Source: Limisphaerales bacterium
GTDB lineage: Bacteria > Verrucomicrobiota > Verrucomicrobiia > Limisphaerales > JBGAJN01
Assembly (NCBI GenBank): GCA_044224905.1
Contig: JBGAJN010000001.1
Coordinates: 1,079,266 to 1,143,265 of the forward strand
Direction of reading: 5' to 3'
Length of the DNA stretch: 64,000 nt
Shown here: positions 33,640-44,743 of the stretch, one piece after another
Numbering within the stretch: position 1 is the stretch's first letter
Layout of the letters: each line of letters starts with the position of its first letter
Made by a program: the position numbers and the translations under genes
Notes under the pieces: model-generated
The model's database searches: none
What the model was told of the DNA's origin: nothing
The model's input: the letters and a program-made list of their open reading frames with translations, nothing else

Positions 33640-34845
33640 ATGCTCGATGTGGAAGCCGCGCAACAGCGCATCCTCGCCGCCGTCAGCCCGCTGGGCAGCG
33701 AAACAATTCCCCTCGCCGACGCAATCGGCCGCATCCTCACGGTGCGCACTCTGGCGGCGGTTGAACTTCCCGGTTTCGACAACTCCGCCATGGACGGCTA
33801 TGCCGTGCGCTCGAGCGATGTGGGAACCGCAAGCGCCGAGCGCTCCGCTCGGCTAAGGGTTATCGGTCGCTGCGCCGCGGGAGAAACATTTTCTCAATCA
33901 ATTCAGGCCGGCGAATGCGTGCGCATTTTCACTGGCTCCGTCATGCCACCGGGAGCGGACGCAGTCGTAATGCAAGAAGACGTGAGGGTGGACGCGGCCG
34001 ATCCCGCAGTGGTGCACGTCGTGGATTCCGTGAAGCCGTGGGAGAACATCCGCTTCCGAGGCGAGGACGTTAAAAGCGGATCAACGCTCATCGAAGCAGG
34101 TGCGCGGCTTACGGTAGGACGCTTGAGCTTGCTCGCCGCGACAGGTGTCGCCGAGGCGCGAGTTGGTCGTCGGCCGCGCGTGGGGATCGTGGCGACCGGA
34201 AGCGAATTGCGTGAACCGGGTTCCGCTCTGCAGTCTGGACAACTCTACGAAAGCAATCGCCTCGGCCTCTCCGTGCTTGCCCGCCGAGCCGGCGCGCTCG
34301 CCAAGGTATATCCACTCGTCCCCGACAATCTCGCCGCGACTCAAAACGCGCTGCAAAATGCGCTAGACGAAAATGACGTGGTCGTGACCTCAGGCGGAGT
34401 ATCGGTCGGTGAATTTGATTTCGTGAAGGAAGCTTTCGAAAAACTCGGCGGTAAGTTGGAGTTCTGGCGCATTGCAATTAAACCGGGGAAACCGTTCGTG
34501 TTTGGTCGCTGGCGGGAGAAGCTGCTTTTCGGTCTGCCGGGAAATCCCGTGTCGGGTCTCGTTGGCTTCTGTGTTTTCGTGGCTCCTGCGCTGGCACGCA
34601 TGCAGGGCGCAAGCGATTTGGGATTCTCCCACTCGCACGGCGTATTGGCGGAACCGCTCGAGAACCGGGGTGACCGTCCGCATTATATGAGGGTCAGCAT
34701 TGACAGCAAAGCTGAGGTCCGCTCAACGGGAGTTCAGGCATCACACATTTTATCTTCATTGGCCGAAGCCGACGGCCTGCTGTGCGTGCCGGCTAGAACA
34801 CTGTGGGAAACGGGTCGCGCAGTGAAAGTGCTGCGCTGGGACTAG
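33640..34845 (+). CDS. moeA: molybdopterin molybdotransferase
   Basis: 401 aa. Contains LP.FDNSAMDGYAVRS, GADAVVMQE, SGGVSVGEFDFVK and LPGNPVS. Confidence 0.92.
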   Translation: MLDVEAAQQRILAAVSPLGSETIPLADAIGRILTVRTLAAVELPGFDNSAMDGYAVRSSDVGTASAERSARLRVIGRCAAGETFSQSIQAGECVRIFTGSVMPPGADAVVMQEDVRVDAADPAVVHVVDSVKPWENIRFRGEDVKSGSTLIEAGARLTVGRLSLLAATGVAEARVGRRPRVGIVATGSELREPGSALQSGQLYESNRLGLSVLARRAGALAKVYPLVPDNLAATQNALQNALDENDVVVTSGGVSVGEFDFVKEAFEKLGGKLEFWRIAIKPGKPFVFGRWREKLLFGLPGNPVSGLVGFCVFVAPALARMQGASDLGFSHSHGVLAEPLENRGDRPHYMRVSIDSKAEVRSTGVQASHILSSLAEADGLLCVPARTLWETGRAVKVLRWD

Positions 34846-35975
34846 AACTTCCGACGGGGAATTTCAAGAACTGTCGGACGGGGTTGAACGTAGACCTGTG
34901 ATTGGGGAGCGATCACTGTCGGCGAAAGGCTCGAGGTGCCAAGCATTTTTGTGCTCAATTCCGGCAGCCCGGCGGGGCGGCTGATGCCATCCATTCCAGC
35001 GCCGCGATTAATCGAATCGAATGCGTTGCGATTCTCTGTCGGTCGCGAAAGTTCTCCCGGATTACTGACCACTGGATTAAGTGGTTGGCGGGTGGCGTCA
35101 TTCAGGGCGTTAATTGGGTCACCCAATCCGCTGCGGCGTTCGTTGACCAGCGGCCGACCATCGAGCAACTGTTTGAACTCATCAGCCCAAGCCTTTTGCT
35201 CTTCTGTCTTTCTGGCGGGAACGGAACTGCCACTGGAAAGAAAACTCGAACGGTCCAACTCAAACGGCGCGGCGATGCTGCCCGTCGATGATTCCCCATT
35301 CATGCGGGTAAACACAGACGGCGCACCCGAACGGTCGGATGAATCTTTCTTTTCTTCCCGATCTTTCGCGTCTTTCCGACTGCGTTTGTCGTCGCGCTCA
35401 AGCGGGCTGGGAAGGGGATCGCTCTTCAGTCCGAAGCGCGTGTCATCCTGGCCGGGATCCAATTCGTCGCGTACCTTTTCCGTATTATTGGTGCGGCTGG
35501 ACGGATCCTTATCATTCTTCTTGTCCGCCTTGTCCTTCCGGTTGTCTTTTTCCAGATAGGACTGCATCACGCCCTTGAACTCCTTGTCTTCGCCGAATTC
35601 TTTCTCTTTGCGGACGCCAAGCAGGGATTCAGGCGTTTCGGTGCTGTTTTGGGGGGTTACAAAAATCCAGTTCTTCTTTCGGTCAATGGCTTCTTGACGC
35701 TCGCGGGTCAACGGCATGCGCGGTTGTTGCGGCGGCGTGATCATCGGCGTATCGATGATGGGGCCGAGGGAACTGTTTGGAGTGAGAAAATCCAAGCCCT
35801 TGCTAGACTCGCGTCCGCCGTTTGGTTGGGTAAACGTCGGCACCAGACTTTTGACTGGCTGCCGGTAAACTGGTTCGTCTGCCGCGGGGCAGGTCGCTAC
35901 GCCACAAAGCCACGCAAGCCCCACAAATGCGGGCCAAACGCGCAGGCTTGAGCTGGCGATTTCGATTCCTGCCAT
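34842..35975 (-). CDS. secreted, largely disordered Lys/Asp/Ser/Pro-rich protein
   Basis: 377 aa with a signal-like N-terminus (VWPAFVGLAWLCGVATCPA). It is the only long ORF here without a better alternative on the opposite strand. Low complexity, so the family is unknown. Confidence 0.55.
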   Translation of the reverse strand: MAGIEIASSSLRVWPAFVGLAWLCGVATCPAADEPVYRQPVKSLVPTFTQPNGGRESSKGLDFLTPNSSLGPIIDTPMITPPQQPRMPLTRERQEAIDRKKNWIFVTPQNSTETPESLLGVRKEKEFGEDKEFKGVMQSYLEKDNRKDKADKKNDKDPSSRTNNTEKVRDELDPGQDDTRFGLKSDPLPSPLERDDKRSRKDAKDREEKKDSSDRSGAPSVFTRMNGESSTGSIAAPFELDRSSFLSSGSSVPARKTEEQKAWADEFKQLLDGRPLVNERRSGLGDPINALNDATRQPLNPVVSNPGELSRPTENRNAFDSINRGAGMDGISRPAGLPELSTKMLGTSSLSPTVIAPQSQVYVQPRPTVLEIPRRKF

Positions 35976-36215
35976 AACAAGTGATTTCTAGACCGATTTC
36001 CGCACCAAGTCAAAGGTCGAATCAAGGTATCTTTGTCGTGGTGGACGGCCATTCGACCTCAACGGGTTGCGTTGCGTTCAAACAGCCAAGAATGACATCG
36101 GCGGAAACCCGCTACGGCTGGACCGAGCCTTCCGCCAATGGTCGACGCGTCAACACCTTGAACGCTTGCCGATTGACTGACGCGGCTTGTCCCGTATTCT
36201 CGCCCGACATTTTTT

Positions 36216-37526
36216 ATGCGTATCGTCGAAATGCGGGTTCACAAGATTGCCATCGCGGACCCGCCACTCCGCAGCTCTTACGGATTGCACCAGCCGTACG
36301 CGTTGCGCACCATCCTCGAACTCAAGAGTGACGAGGGCGTCGTGGGCATTGCCGAAGCCCACGGCGGCGAGGCTCCCGCTGCGGCCATCGAATCCGTTCG
36401 CGGTCAAATTATCGGCGCCGATCCCTATCGTATTCCCGGCCGGCTTATCTCGTTGATTGAAGGCGACGTGAAGGGGAATAACGCCGATCGTTCGCAAACC
36501 TTCCTCGTTCCCGGAGAAAATCCCCACGACGCCGCGGCGCGCGTGTTCGGCGCGGTTGAAACGGCCTGCCTCGACTTGATCGGCAAGACTGTCGGGCAGC
36601 CTGTCTGCGATTTGCTGGGCGGCCGCGTGCGCGATGAAGTTCCGTTTTCCGCGTATCCTTTTTACAAACACGTCGGCGGCGGCGGCGAAGGCGATGACAA
36701 ACGCGAAGACGAATATGGTGAAGCGCTCTCGCCGGAAAACCTCGTCAAGCAAGTCGTGCAGATGCGGAAGCAATACGGCTTCGGCTCGATTAAGTTCAAA
36801 GCCGGCGTGCTCCCGCCGGATGTTGAAATCGAAACGATCAAGCAACTCTACCGTGAGCTTGGCCCGGACGTTCCTTTACGCATTGATCCGAACAGCGCGT
36901 GGACCGTGGAGACTTCCATCCGCGTCGGCATTGAATTGAAGGAAGAGCTCGGTCGCGGTGGCTACCTTGAAGATCCGACCGCAGACATCGCCGGCATGGC
37001 CGCGGTGCGTCGCGGATTGCTGAAGGCCGGCGTGGACACGCCGCTGGCGAGCAACGTCGCCGTCACGAGTTTTGCCGACATTCCCGAAGCGGTGAAACAG
37101 GACGCCGTGCAGATCGTGCTTTGCGACCATCACTATTGGGGTGGCATGCGGCAGGTGCAAAACCTCGGCAAGCTTTGCAAGACCTTCGGCCTAGGCATGT
37201 CGATGCACTCCAACTCGCACCTCGGCGTTTCTCTCATGGCGATGGCGCACGTTGCTGCCGCCACGCCGCATCTCACCTACGCCTGCGACACGCATTACCC
37301 GTGGTCGCAAGCGAAGGACGAAGTCGTCCTCGGCGGTCGCATCCAGTTCGTGAACGGTTGCGTGAAGATTCCGAACAAGCCCGGCCTCGGCGTGGAACTC
37401 GATTACGACCAACTTGCGCGCGGCGTCGAACGCTACAAGAAATGTCCGTATCGCAAACGCGACGACACGGCGGAAATGCGCAAGCATGTTGACCCGAACT
37501 GGACCCGCGTTTTGCCGAGATGGTAA
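36216..37526 (+). CDS. gudD: glucarate dehydratase-like enolase-superfamily enzyme
   Basis: 436 aa. It aligns by eye with E. coli GudD along its length (FKLKGGVL / FKFKAGVL; ITLDPNGAW / LRIDPNSAW; YAEDP / YLEDP; HSNNHFDISLAM..HVAAA.P / HSNSHLGVSLMAMAHVAAATP; PGLGVE.D). It is followed directly by kdgD. Confidence 0.8.
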   Translation: MRIVEMRVHKIAIADPPLRSSYGLHQPYALRTILELKSDEGVVGIAEAHGGEAPAAAIESVRGQIIGADPYRIPGRLISLIEGDVKGNNADRSQTFLVPGENPHDAAARVFGAVETACLDLIGKTVGQPVCDLLGGRVRDEVPFSAYPFYKHVGGGGEGDDKREDEYGEALSPENLVKQVVQMRKQYGFGSIKFKAGVLPPDVEIETIKQLYRELGPDVPLRIDPNSAWTVETSIRVGIELKEELGRGGYLEDPTADIAGMAAVRRGLLKAGVDTPLASNVAVTSFADIPEAVKQDAVQIVLCDHHYWGGMRQVQNLGKLCKTFGLGMSMHSNSHLGVSLMAMAHVAAATPHLTYACDTHYPWSQAKDEVVLGGRIQFVNGCVKIPNKPGLGVELDYDQLARGVERYKKCPYRKRDDTAEMRKHVDPNWTRVLPRW

Positions 37527-37557
37527 TTCGCCTCAGCGTCGAAACAGAATCACTCCT

Positions 37558-38466
37558 ATGAAACCAAACGACCTCCGTCAGAAACTCGGCCGCGGCGTCA
37601 TTTCCTTTCCCGTCACGCCGTTCAAGAAAGATCTCTCCCTCGACCTCGAGGGGCATCGCCGCAATCTCCGCTTCATTCTGAAATTCCCGGTGACCGCGAT
37701 CGTCGCGCCCGCCGGCACGGGTGAACTGTATTCGCTCTCGCCCGAGGAACATCTGGCCGTCGTGAAAACCACGGTGGACGAAGTGGGCGGCCGCGTGCCC
37801 GTGCTGACCGGCGTGGGTTTCAATTACCCCATCGCCATTCAGCAAGCGAAGCAATCGGCGAAAGCTGGCGTCGACGGCATTCTCGCGTTGCCGCCGTATT
37901 TCCCGCACTCCGACGAGGAAGGTTTGTTTGATTATTACAAAGCCATCGGCGACGCCACGAAACTCGGCCTGCTCGTTTACAGCCGCGACTGGGTGAACCC
38001 CGGCCCGGCGTTCGTGCAAAAGCTCGCGGACAAAGTCCCGACGCTCATCGCTTGGAAAGATGGCCAGGCGGACACGCGCCGTTACCAAATGATCATGCAC
38101 AAGGTCGGCGACCGCTTGCATTGGATCGGCGGCGCAGGCGACGACGCGGTGCCGGCGTATTACTCCATCGGCATTCGCACTTACACGTCGAGCATCGCGA
38201 CCATCGCGCCGGGCTTGTCTAATCAGCTTCACGACGCCGCGTCCGCTGGTGACTCCGCCACGCTAACGAAGTTGATGCACGATTACGTCACGCCGCTCTA
38301 TGCTTTCCGCTCGCGTCGCAAGGGCTACGAAGTCTCCGTGATGAAATCCTGCATGGACATTGTCGGCCTGCGCGGCGGTCCGTGCCGTCCGCCACTGCCC
38401 GATGTGCGCCCCGAGGAACTCAAAGACCTCCGCGCCATGATGGCGAAGTGGAAACCTGTCTTGTAG
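37558..38466 (+). CDS. kdgD: 5-dehydro-4-deoxyglucarate dehydratase (DapA/NAL family)
   Basis: 302 aa from ATG 37558 (track ORF trimmed from 37414). LGRGVISFPVTPF.....D......N........AGGTGE is the DapA-like fold pattern. The size and the gudD neighbour fit KdgD. Confidence 0.8.
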   Translation: MKPNDLRQKLGRGVISFPVTPFKKDLSLDLEGHRRNLRFILKFPVTAIVAPAGTGELYSLSPEEHLAVVKTTVDEVGGRVPVLTGVGFNYPIAIQQAKQSAKAGVDGILALPPYFPHSDEEGLFDYYKAIGDATKLGLLVYSRDWVNPGPAFVQKLADKVPTLIAWKDGQADTRRYQMIMHKVGDRLHWIGGAGDDAVPAYYSIGIRTYTSSIATIAPGLSNQLHDAASAGDSATLTKLMHDYVTPLYAFRSRRKGYEVSVMKSCMDIVGLRGGPCRPPLPDVRPEELKDLRAMMAKWKPVL

Positions 38467-38623
38467 ACGCATGCCGAAATAAGGGGCCGTTACTCGTTGC
38501 GCAGGCCGGCTTATACCTTGCCGCAACTCATTGACGGTCGGAGGACGGCGGCTACACTCGCGCTTCGGTCGAAGAAGCTCCGACGAGTTCGGAGCTTTGC
38601 CGCGGCGGTGTCTGTGTGAATCC

Positions 38624-39406
38624 ATGAACTTGCTTAATCGAATCTGGCAATCCTCCTTGGGGAAGAAATACGTGATGGCCCTCACCGGCGCGGCACTGTT
38701 CGCGTTTGTCATCGGCCATCTCGTCGGCAACCTCCAGGTATTCGGCGCTCCCGAACTCATCAACACCTACGCGCACTTCCTCAAATCCAAGCCCGCCCTG
38801 CTGTGGAGCGCGCGCCTTGGGTTGCTCGTGATGGTGACGCTGCACGTCGCTTCGGCGGTGACGCTCAGCGCGCTGAACAAAGCCGCGCGGCCGGAACCTT
38901 ACGCGGGCAAGTCCGCTTACGGCTCGACCGCTCAATCGCGCTATATGCTGGTGAGCGGGTTGGTCATCCTCGCGTTCGTCCTGTATCACCTCGCGCATTT
39001 CACGGTGATGTTGCCCGGGGTAAATGGCGTCGGCGATTTCTCCAAACTCACCACCACGCTCGAAGGCCATACGGTGCCGGACGCCTATGCGATGATGGTG
39101 CTCGGCTTCCAAGTCTGGTGGGTCGTGCTGTTCTACCTGGTCGCGCAGGGACTTCTGTTCGCGCATCTCGGTCACGGACTGGCGTCGATGTTCCAATCGC
39201 TCGGCTTCCGCAATCACGTCTGGTGGCCGCGCATCGAGTGCTTCGCGAAAATCGCGAGCATCGCGATCTTCATCGGCTACGCGGCGATTCCGCTCGGCAT
39301 TTTCACCCGCGTCGTTGGTGCGGATTACGCGGAGAAGAAACGATTTGAACTGAGAGACGCCTCGCTGATGCCGGAGAAAGCTCCTGCCGGAAAGGAGACG
39401 AAGTAA
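38624..39406 (+). CDS. sdhC: succinate dehydrogenase/fumarate reductase cytochrome b subunit, b558 family
   Basis: 260 aa from ATG 38624 (trimmed from 38531). Five TM helices with conserved His residues (..[28 protein letters not shown].., ..VLYHLAHF.., ..[16 protein letters not shown]). Confidence 0.88.
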   Translation: MNLLNRIWQSSLGKKYVMALTGAALFAFVIGHLVGNLQVFGAPELINTYAHFLKSKPALLWSARLGLLVMVTLHVASAVTLSALNKAARPEPYAGKSAYGSTAQSRYMLVSGLVILAFVLYHLAHFTVMLPGVNGVGDFSKLTTTLEGHTVPDAYAMMVLGFQVWWVVLFYLVAQGLLFAHLGHGLASMFQSLGFRNHVWWPRIECFAKIASIAIFIGYAAIPLGIFTRVVGADYAEKKRFELRDASLMPEKAPAGKETK

Positions 39407-39407
39407 C

Positions 39408-41369
39408 ATGGCCACGCTGAATTCCAACGTCCCGTCCGGACCCCTCGAACAAAAGTGGGAACACCACAAGTTCTCCACCAAGCTCATCAACCCGGCCAAC
39501 AAGCGGAAATATAAAATCATCGTCGTCGGCGCAGGCCTCGCCGGAGCGTCGGCTTCGGCCACACTCGCGGAACTCGGCTACGAGGTGCACAACTTCGTGT
39601 TTCATGATTCACCCCGGCGCGCGCACTCGGTCGCGGCGCAAGGCGGCATCAACGCGGCGAAGAATTATCAGAACGACGGCGACTCCGTGCATCGCCTCTT
39701 CTACGACACGATCAAAGGCGGCGACTTCCGCGCCCGTGAAGCGAACGTCCATCGTCTCGCGGAAGTGTCGGTGAACATCATCGACCAATGCGCTGCACAG
39801 GGCGTTCCTTTCGCCCGCGAATACGGCGGACTGCTCGACAACCGCTCGTTCGGCGGCGCGCAGGTCTCGCGAACGTTCTACGCGCGCGGCCAAACGGGTC
39901 AGCAGCTTCTGCTCGGAGCGTATTCGGCGCTCAACAAGATGATCGGCGCCGGCGGCGTGAAATCCTACACGCACTCTGAAATGCTCGACCTCGTGGTCGT
40001 GGACGGTCACGCGAAGGGCATCATCGTCCGCAATCTTCAGACTGGCGAAATCACGCGCCACAATGGCGACGCCGTGGTGCTGGCGACGGGCGGTTACGGC
40101 AACGTATACAACCTCTCGACTTACGCGCGCGGCGCGAACGTCACGGCCAGCTGGCGCGCCTACAAACGCGGCGCGTGCTTTGGCAATCCGTGCTACACGC
40201 AGATTCATCCGACGTGCATCCCGGTGAGCGGCGATTACCAGTCCAAGCTCACGCTCATGTCCGAGTCGCTCCGTAACGACGGCCGTGTGTGGGTGCCGAA
40301 GAAGAAAGAGGACTGCGGCAAGAAGCCGGCGGACATTCCGGAAGCGGATCGCGATTACTATCTCGAGCGCATGTATTCCGCGTTCGGCAACCTCGCCCCG
40401 CGCGACATCGCCAGCCGCGCCGCGAAGACCGTGTGCGACGAAGGCCGCGGCATTGGCGAAACGGGCCTCGGTGTTTACCTCGATTTCTCCGCCGCGATCG
40501 CGCGGCTCGGCGAGGACAAGGTGCGCGAGCGTTACGGCAACCTGTTCTCGATGTATCACGAGATCACCAACGAGAGCGCCTACCAAACGCCGATGCGCAT
40601 CTATCCCGCCGTGCATTACACGATGGGCGGCCTGTGGGTGGACTATAACCTGATGAGCAACGTCCCGGGCCTGTTCGTCCTCGGCGAGGCGAACTTCTCC
40701 GATCACGGCGCGAATCGTCTCGGCGCGAGCGCGCTGATGCAGGGTTTGAGCGACGGCTACTTCGTTTTGCCCGCGACGATCTCCGGCTATCTCGCGACGC
40801 AGAATCCCGGCAAACGCCCGGCAACGGACAATGCCTCATTCAAGCAGGCCGAGGAAAATGTTCAGGGCCTCACCAAGAAACTTCTCGGCAACAAGGGCAA
40901 GCGCACGCCCGACAGCTTCCACAAGGAACTCGGCAAGCTCATGTGGGAATACTGCGGCATGGCGCGCAACAAGGCCGGCCTTGAGAAAGGCATCAAGCTC
41001 ATCAGCGCGTTGCGCGAAGAGTATTGGAAAAATGTCAGCGTGCTCGGCGAAGCGAACGATTGGAACCAGTCGCTCGAACGCGCCGGTCGTATCGCGGACT
41101 TCATCGAACTCGGCGAGCTCATGTGCCGCGACGCGTTGCATCGCGAGGAAAGCTGCGGCGGCCATTTCCGCGAGGAATATCAATACACGCCCGACGATCC
41201 GGAGACGAAGCAGGGCCTCGTGAACCCCGGCGACGTGAAGCGCCGCGACGACCAGTTCGCCTACGTGGCCGGCTGGGAATACGCCGGCGCGCCCGACAAG
41301 GCGCCGATCCTCAACAAGGAACCGCTCGTTTACGAGGAAGTGAAGATGAGCACGCGCTCCTACAAGTAA
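39408..41369 (+). CDS. sdhA: succinate dehydrogenase/fumarate reductase flavoprotein subunit
   Basis: 653 aa. FAD motif [11 protein letters not shown], covalent-FAD His context [17 protein letters not shown], and the catalytic HYTMGG and RLGASAL blocks. Confidence 0.95.
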   Translation: MATLNSNVPSGPLEQKWEHHKFSTKLINPANKRKYKIIVVGAGLAGASASATLAELGYEVHNFVFHDSPRRAHSVAAQGGINAAKNYQNDGDSVHRLFYDTIKGGDFRAREANVHRLAEVSVNIIDQCAAQGVPFAREYGGLLDNRSFGGAQVSRTFYARGQTGQQLLLGAYSALNKMIGAGGVKSYTHSEMLDLVVVDGHAKGIIVRNLQTGEITRHNGDAVVLATGGYGNVYNLSTYARGANVTASWRAYKRGACFGNPCYTQIHPTCIPVSGDYQSKLTLMSESLRNDGRVWVPKKKEDCGKKPADIPEADRDYYLERMYSAFGNLAPRDIASRAAKTVCDEGRGIGETGLGVYLDFSAAIARLGEDKVRERYGNLFSMYHEITNESAYQTPMRIYPAVHYTMGGLWVDYNLMSNVPGLFVLGEANFSDHGANRLGASALMQGLSDGYFVLPATISGYLATQNPGKRPATDNASFKQAEENVQGLTKKLLGNKGKRTPDSFHKELGKLMWEYCGMARNKAGLEKGIKLISALREEYWKNVSVLGEANDWNQSLERAGRIADFIELGELMCRDALHREESCGGHFREEYQYTPDDPETKQGLVNPGDVKRRDDQFAYVAGWEYAGAPDKAPILNKEPLVYEEVKMSTRSYK

Positions 41370-41397
41370 GCCGCAACCAGCAACCTTTTCCCGACGC

Positions 41398-42174
<777 letters not shown>

Positions 42175-42221
42175 GCGGAAATCTTCGTGCAATTCTTAAC
42201 GGCCTTGGGCTTAATGGGCGC

Positions 42222-43031
42222 ATGGCCGAAACCGCACCCAAACCATTGCCGCCGGACCAACCGACGGTGATTGCGCGGTCGCTCTGCCTCGGCTCATTGA
42301 TTCTCCGGGGCGTTTTGGAGCGATTGATCCAATCGCCGGACGATCCCACCAATCTTGCCGCTCATAAGGAACTGACCGCCCGTTTGAGCCGATGGCTGAA
42401 CGAACAGGATTTCACCGCGAACTTCACCCTCGACGAACTCAACGGCCTTTCCCAACCGCCCGGAGCATGGGATGCGGCTCGTTTGTCGGGTCAATTTCAT
42501 CGCACCGAGTCCTTGGGCGTTCTCTTCTGGGCGTTGTCGATCCATCATGAGATGCCGACGTATGACATGCCTTTCGAGCCGCCGAATCTCGAAGGCTTGC
42601 TCGGTTGGCCGGACGATGCCGTGGCCAACCCCGTTGATGCGAAGCTCGGAAAATTTCCCCACATCGCGCCCAACTGGTTCAAGCAAGTCGCACAACTACG
42701 TCCGGCGCCCATCATTGCCGCCCATCGCGGCGCTGCCGAATGTTGGCAATGGCGTGCGCACGTTGCCGCATTGCAGCGAACAAACGTTCCGCCGCCCGAA
42801 GGTCAGAACTACGAGATGTTGATCGCGATCGCTGCGGAAGAAGCGTTTGAAGCCGCCGCGATTCCGCGCCCGATCGAAAGGGATTTTCCGCTCTTCCAAA
42901 AACCGTTCAGCCAGCTCACCGAAGACGAAGCCACGCAGGCTGCCGCCATTGCGGCGTCACGGCGGATCGCGCTCGACTGGCTGTGTGGTTACGCGACCGA
43001 GTGGGACAACGTTTCCGTCGCCAACTGGTGA
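42222..43031 (+). CDS. hypothetical protein (DUF4272-like, 269 aa)
   Basis: Real start taken at ATG 42222 (MAETAPKPLPP...), because the upstream part of the track ORF (from 41871) overlaps sdhB in another frame. Protein-like composition; the family assignment rests on recollection only. Confidence 0.6.
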   Translation: MAETAPKPLPPDQPTVIARSLCLGSLILRGVLERLIQSPDDPTNLAAHKELTARLSRWLNEQDFTANFTLDELNGLSQPPGAWDAARLSGQFHRTESLGVLFWALSIHHEMPTYDMPFEPPNLEGLLGWPDDAVANPVDAKLGKFPHIAPNWFKQVAQLRPAPIIAAHRGAAECWQWRAHVAALQRTNVPPPEGQNYEMLIAIAAEEAFEAAAIPRPIERDFPLFQKPFSQLTEDEATQAAAIAASRRIALDWLCGYATEWDNVSVANW

Positions 43032-43034
43032 TCA

Positions 43035-43403
43035 TCACAAACCCGACGGCGACACGCCGACGCCGACGATGCTGCAGGCTTGAATGACGTTCAGCCCGAG
43101 TCGTTCCGCTTCCGCAAGCACCGCGTCCGATTCCGTTCCCGGATTCAGCCACAATTCCTCGCAACCTTTCGCTGCGATGTCCGGCAACACTTTCAGCAGC
43201 ACGGGCGGTGGCAAGTAAACGCTCACCATGAACGGTCGCGTTGGAACATCGAGTATCGTTTTGAACGCCGGCAATCCCTCGATCTCCGACTCCTTCGGAT
43301 TCACCGGGTAGACTGCGTAGCCCTGTTGTTGGAACGCGCGGACGGCTTTGTTTCCGAATTTGTTCCGGTCACTCGACGCACCGATGATCGCGACAGATTT
43401 CAT
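43035..43403 (-). CDS. CoA-binding domain protein (YccU/YneT-like)
   Basis: 122 aa. MKSVAIIGASSDRNKFGNKAVRAFQQQGYAVYPVNPK...I.G is the CoA_binding_2 signature. Confidence 0.88.
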   Translation of the reverse strand: MKSVAIIGASSDRNKFGNKAVRAFQQQGYAVYPVNPKESEIEGLPAFKTILDVPTRPFMVSVYLPPPVLLKVLPDIAAKGCEELWLNPGTESDAVLAEAERLGLNVIQACSIVGVGVSPSGL

Positions 43404-43455
43404 AAGGAAACAATTCCCGAGGTCTGCTCTGCGGGCAAGGGTGCGTTGCGCGCTC

Positions 43456-44226
43456 CTACGCCACGGTCATCCCGCCATTCACGTGCAGGTTCTGCCCGGT
43501 GACAAACGAAGAGGCATTGCTGGCGAGAAACACCACCGCGCCGCCCAAATCTTCCGGCACGCCGAAGTGGCCCGCAGGAATCGTCGCCTCGTAGGCGTCC
43601 TTCGCCGACTGCGGATAGTTCACACTGCGTTCCGTCGGAATCCAGCCGGGCGAAATCATGTTCACCGTGATGCCGGCGGGCGCGAGCTCCGTGGCCATGC
43701 TGCGTGACCAGCCATTCTGCCCGCCCTTGGCCGCGACGTAGGCGCTGAACTCCGGGACGCCGCGCGCGAAGACTTCCGAACCGATGTTGACGATGCGCCC
43801 CCAGCGCTGCGCCTTCATGTGTGGGAGACACGCGCGCGTGAGCAAGAACGGGCTCTTGATGAAGAAGTCGAGCATCTGCTGGTAGAACGCCCAGTCGTAT
43901 TCCTCGATCGGTTTCTGCGGTTGATCCGGCGTGGCGTTGACGACGAGAATATCCACCGGCGCGAGTGACTGCGTGATCTCGCGCACGAGCCGATTCACGT
44001 CGGACTCATCCACGACGCTGCCGCGAAACAATCCACCGGCGTAGCCTTTCGCTTTGAACTCCACGAACGTCTGTTCCGCGCGCGCGACGTTGTTTTGAAA
44101 ATTGATCGCCACCTTTGCGCCGGCCGCGCCGAGCGCGAACGCCATCGCCTTGCCGAGCCCCGTCGAACTTCCCGTCACGAGCGCGACGCGTCCGGCGAGC
44201 GAGAATGGATTCGGAGCAGATGGCAT
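43456..44226 (-). CDS. short-chain dehydrogenase/reductase (FabG-like)
   Basis: 256 aa from ATG 44226. TGSSTGLGKA cofactor motif, NATP, and catalytic S...YVAAKGG. The start lies 1 nt after the stop of the cupin gene. Confidence 0.9.
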   Translation of the reverse strand: MPSAPNPFSLAGRVALVTGSSTGLGKAMAFALGAAGAKVAINFQNNVARAEQTFVEFKAKGYAGGLFRGSVVDESDVNRLVREITQSLAPVDILVVNATPDQPQKPIEEYDWAFYQQMLDFFIKSPFLLTRACLPHMKAQRWGRIVNIGSEVFARGVPEFSAYVAAKGGQNGWSRSMATELAPAGITVNMISPGWIPTERSVNYPQSAKDAYEATIPAGHFGVPEDLGGAVVFLASNASSFVTGQNLHVNGGMTVA

Positions 44227-44227
44227 T

Positions 44228-44743
44228 TCAGGCAATCTTGCCATCTCCCCAAACGCACGGCGGACGGCCCTTCGACTTGCGCAACGACGCCCATGGTTCC
44301 TGCGTGCCAACATCGATCGGATCCGGATCGTTCGCTTTGTCGGCCGGGAGATTTGCCGGCGAGAGAATGGCGAGGAAGACGAGCGGTTCCTTGTGCGGAT
44401 TGTAGGTCGCGTGGATTGTGCCCGGTGGAATGTGCGCCATCTCGCCCGCGCTCAGGAGGCGATAATCATTGCCCACCCATTGCTCCGCGCGACCGTAGAC
44501 GACGTAGATGATCTCCTCGCGATGCGGATGGTAGTGAAACGGATGGCAATGGCCGGGGTCCATGTTCGCGCGCACAAGCAGAAGCTTGTCGGCGCCGACG
44601 ACGTCGGGGCGGCAAAGCCACTCGTTGTTCGTCCACGGATTGGTTTCGCGGAGCGCGTCGGCGATCTGAACAAAACGGCGGAGTTCGGGATTCATTGTGT
44701 CAGGTGCTGTTTTGCCCAAGGTGTCCCAAGTTCTTTCGCTCAC
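44228..44743 (-). CDS. cupin-domain protein
   Basis: Metal-binding cupin motifs GHCHPFHYHPHREE and GEMAHIPPGTIHAT. A GTG start at 44743 overlaps the stop of the upstream giant gene (GTGA). An alternative ATG lies at 44695. Confidence 0.85.
   Translation of the reverse strand: MSERTWDTLGKTAPDTMNPELRRFVQIADALRETNPWTNNEWLCRPDVVGADKLLLVRANMDPGHCHPFHYHPHREEIIYVVYGRAEQWVGNDYRLLSAGEMAHIPPGTIHATYNPHKEPLVFLAILSPANLPADKANDPDPIDVGTQEPWASLRKSKGRPPCVWGDGKIA

Noticed and set aside
34842-34845. Convergent moeA and the disordered-protein gene share overlapping stop codons (CTAG).
   Set aside because: It is a real observation but a trivial consequence of tight packing. No functional inference is justified.
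37815-37832. Box look-alike GGGTTTCAATTACCCCAT inside kdgD. Isolated ACCCCAT or ATGGGGT 7-mers also occur at about 7051, 47631 and 58669.
   Set aside because: These lie inside coding sequence. The core is interrupted by a 4-nt insertion, or the sites are half-sites only. Single 7-mers are expected by chance several times in a window of this size.
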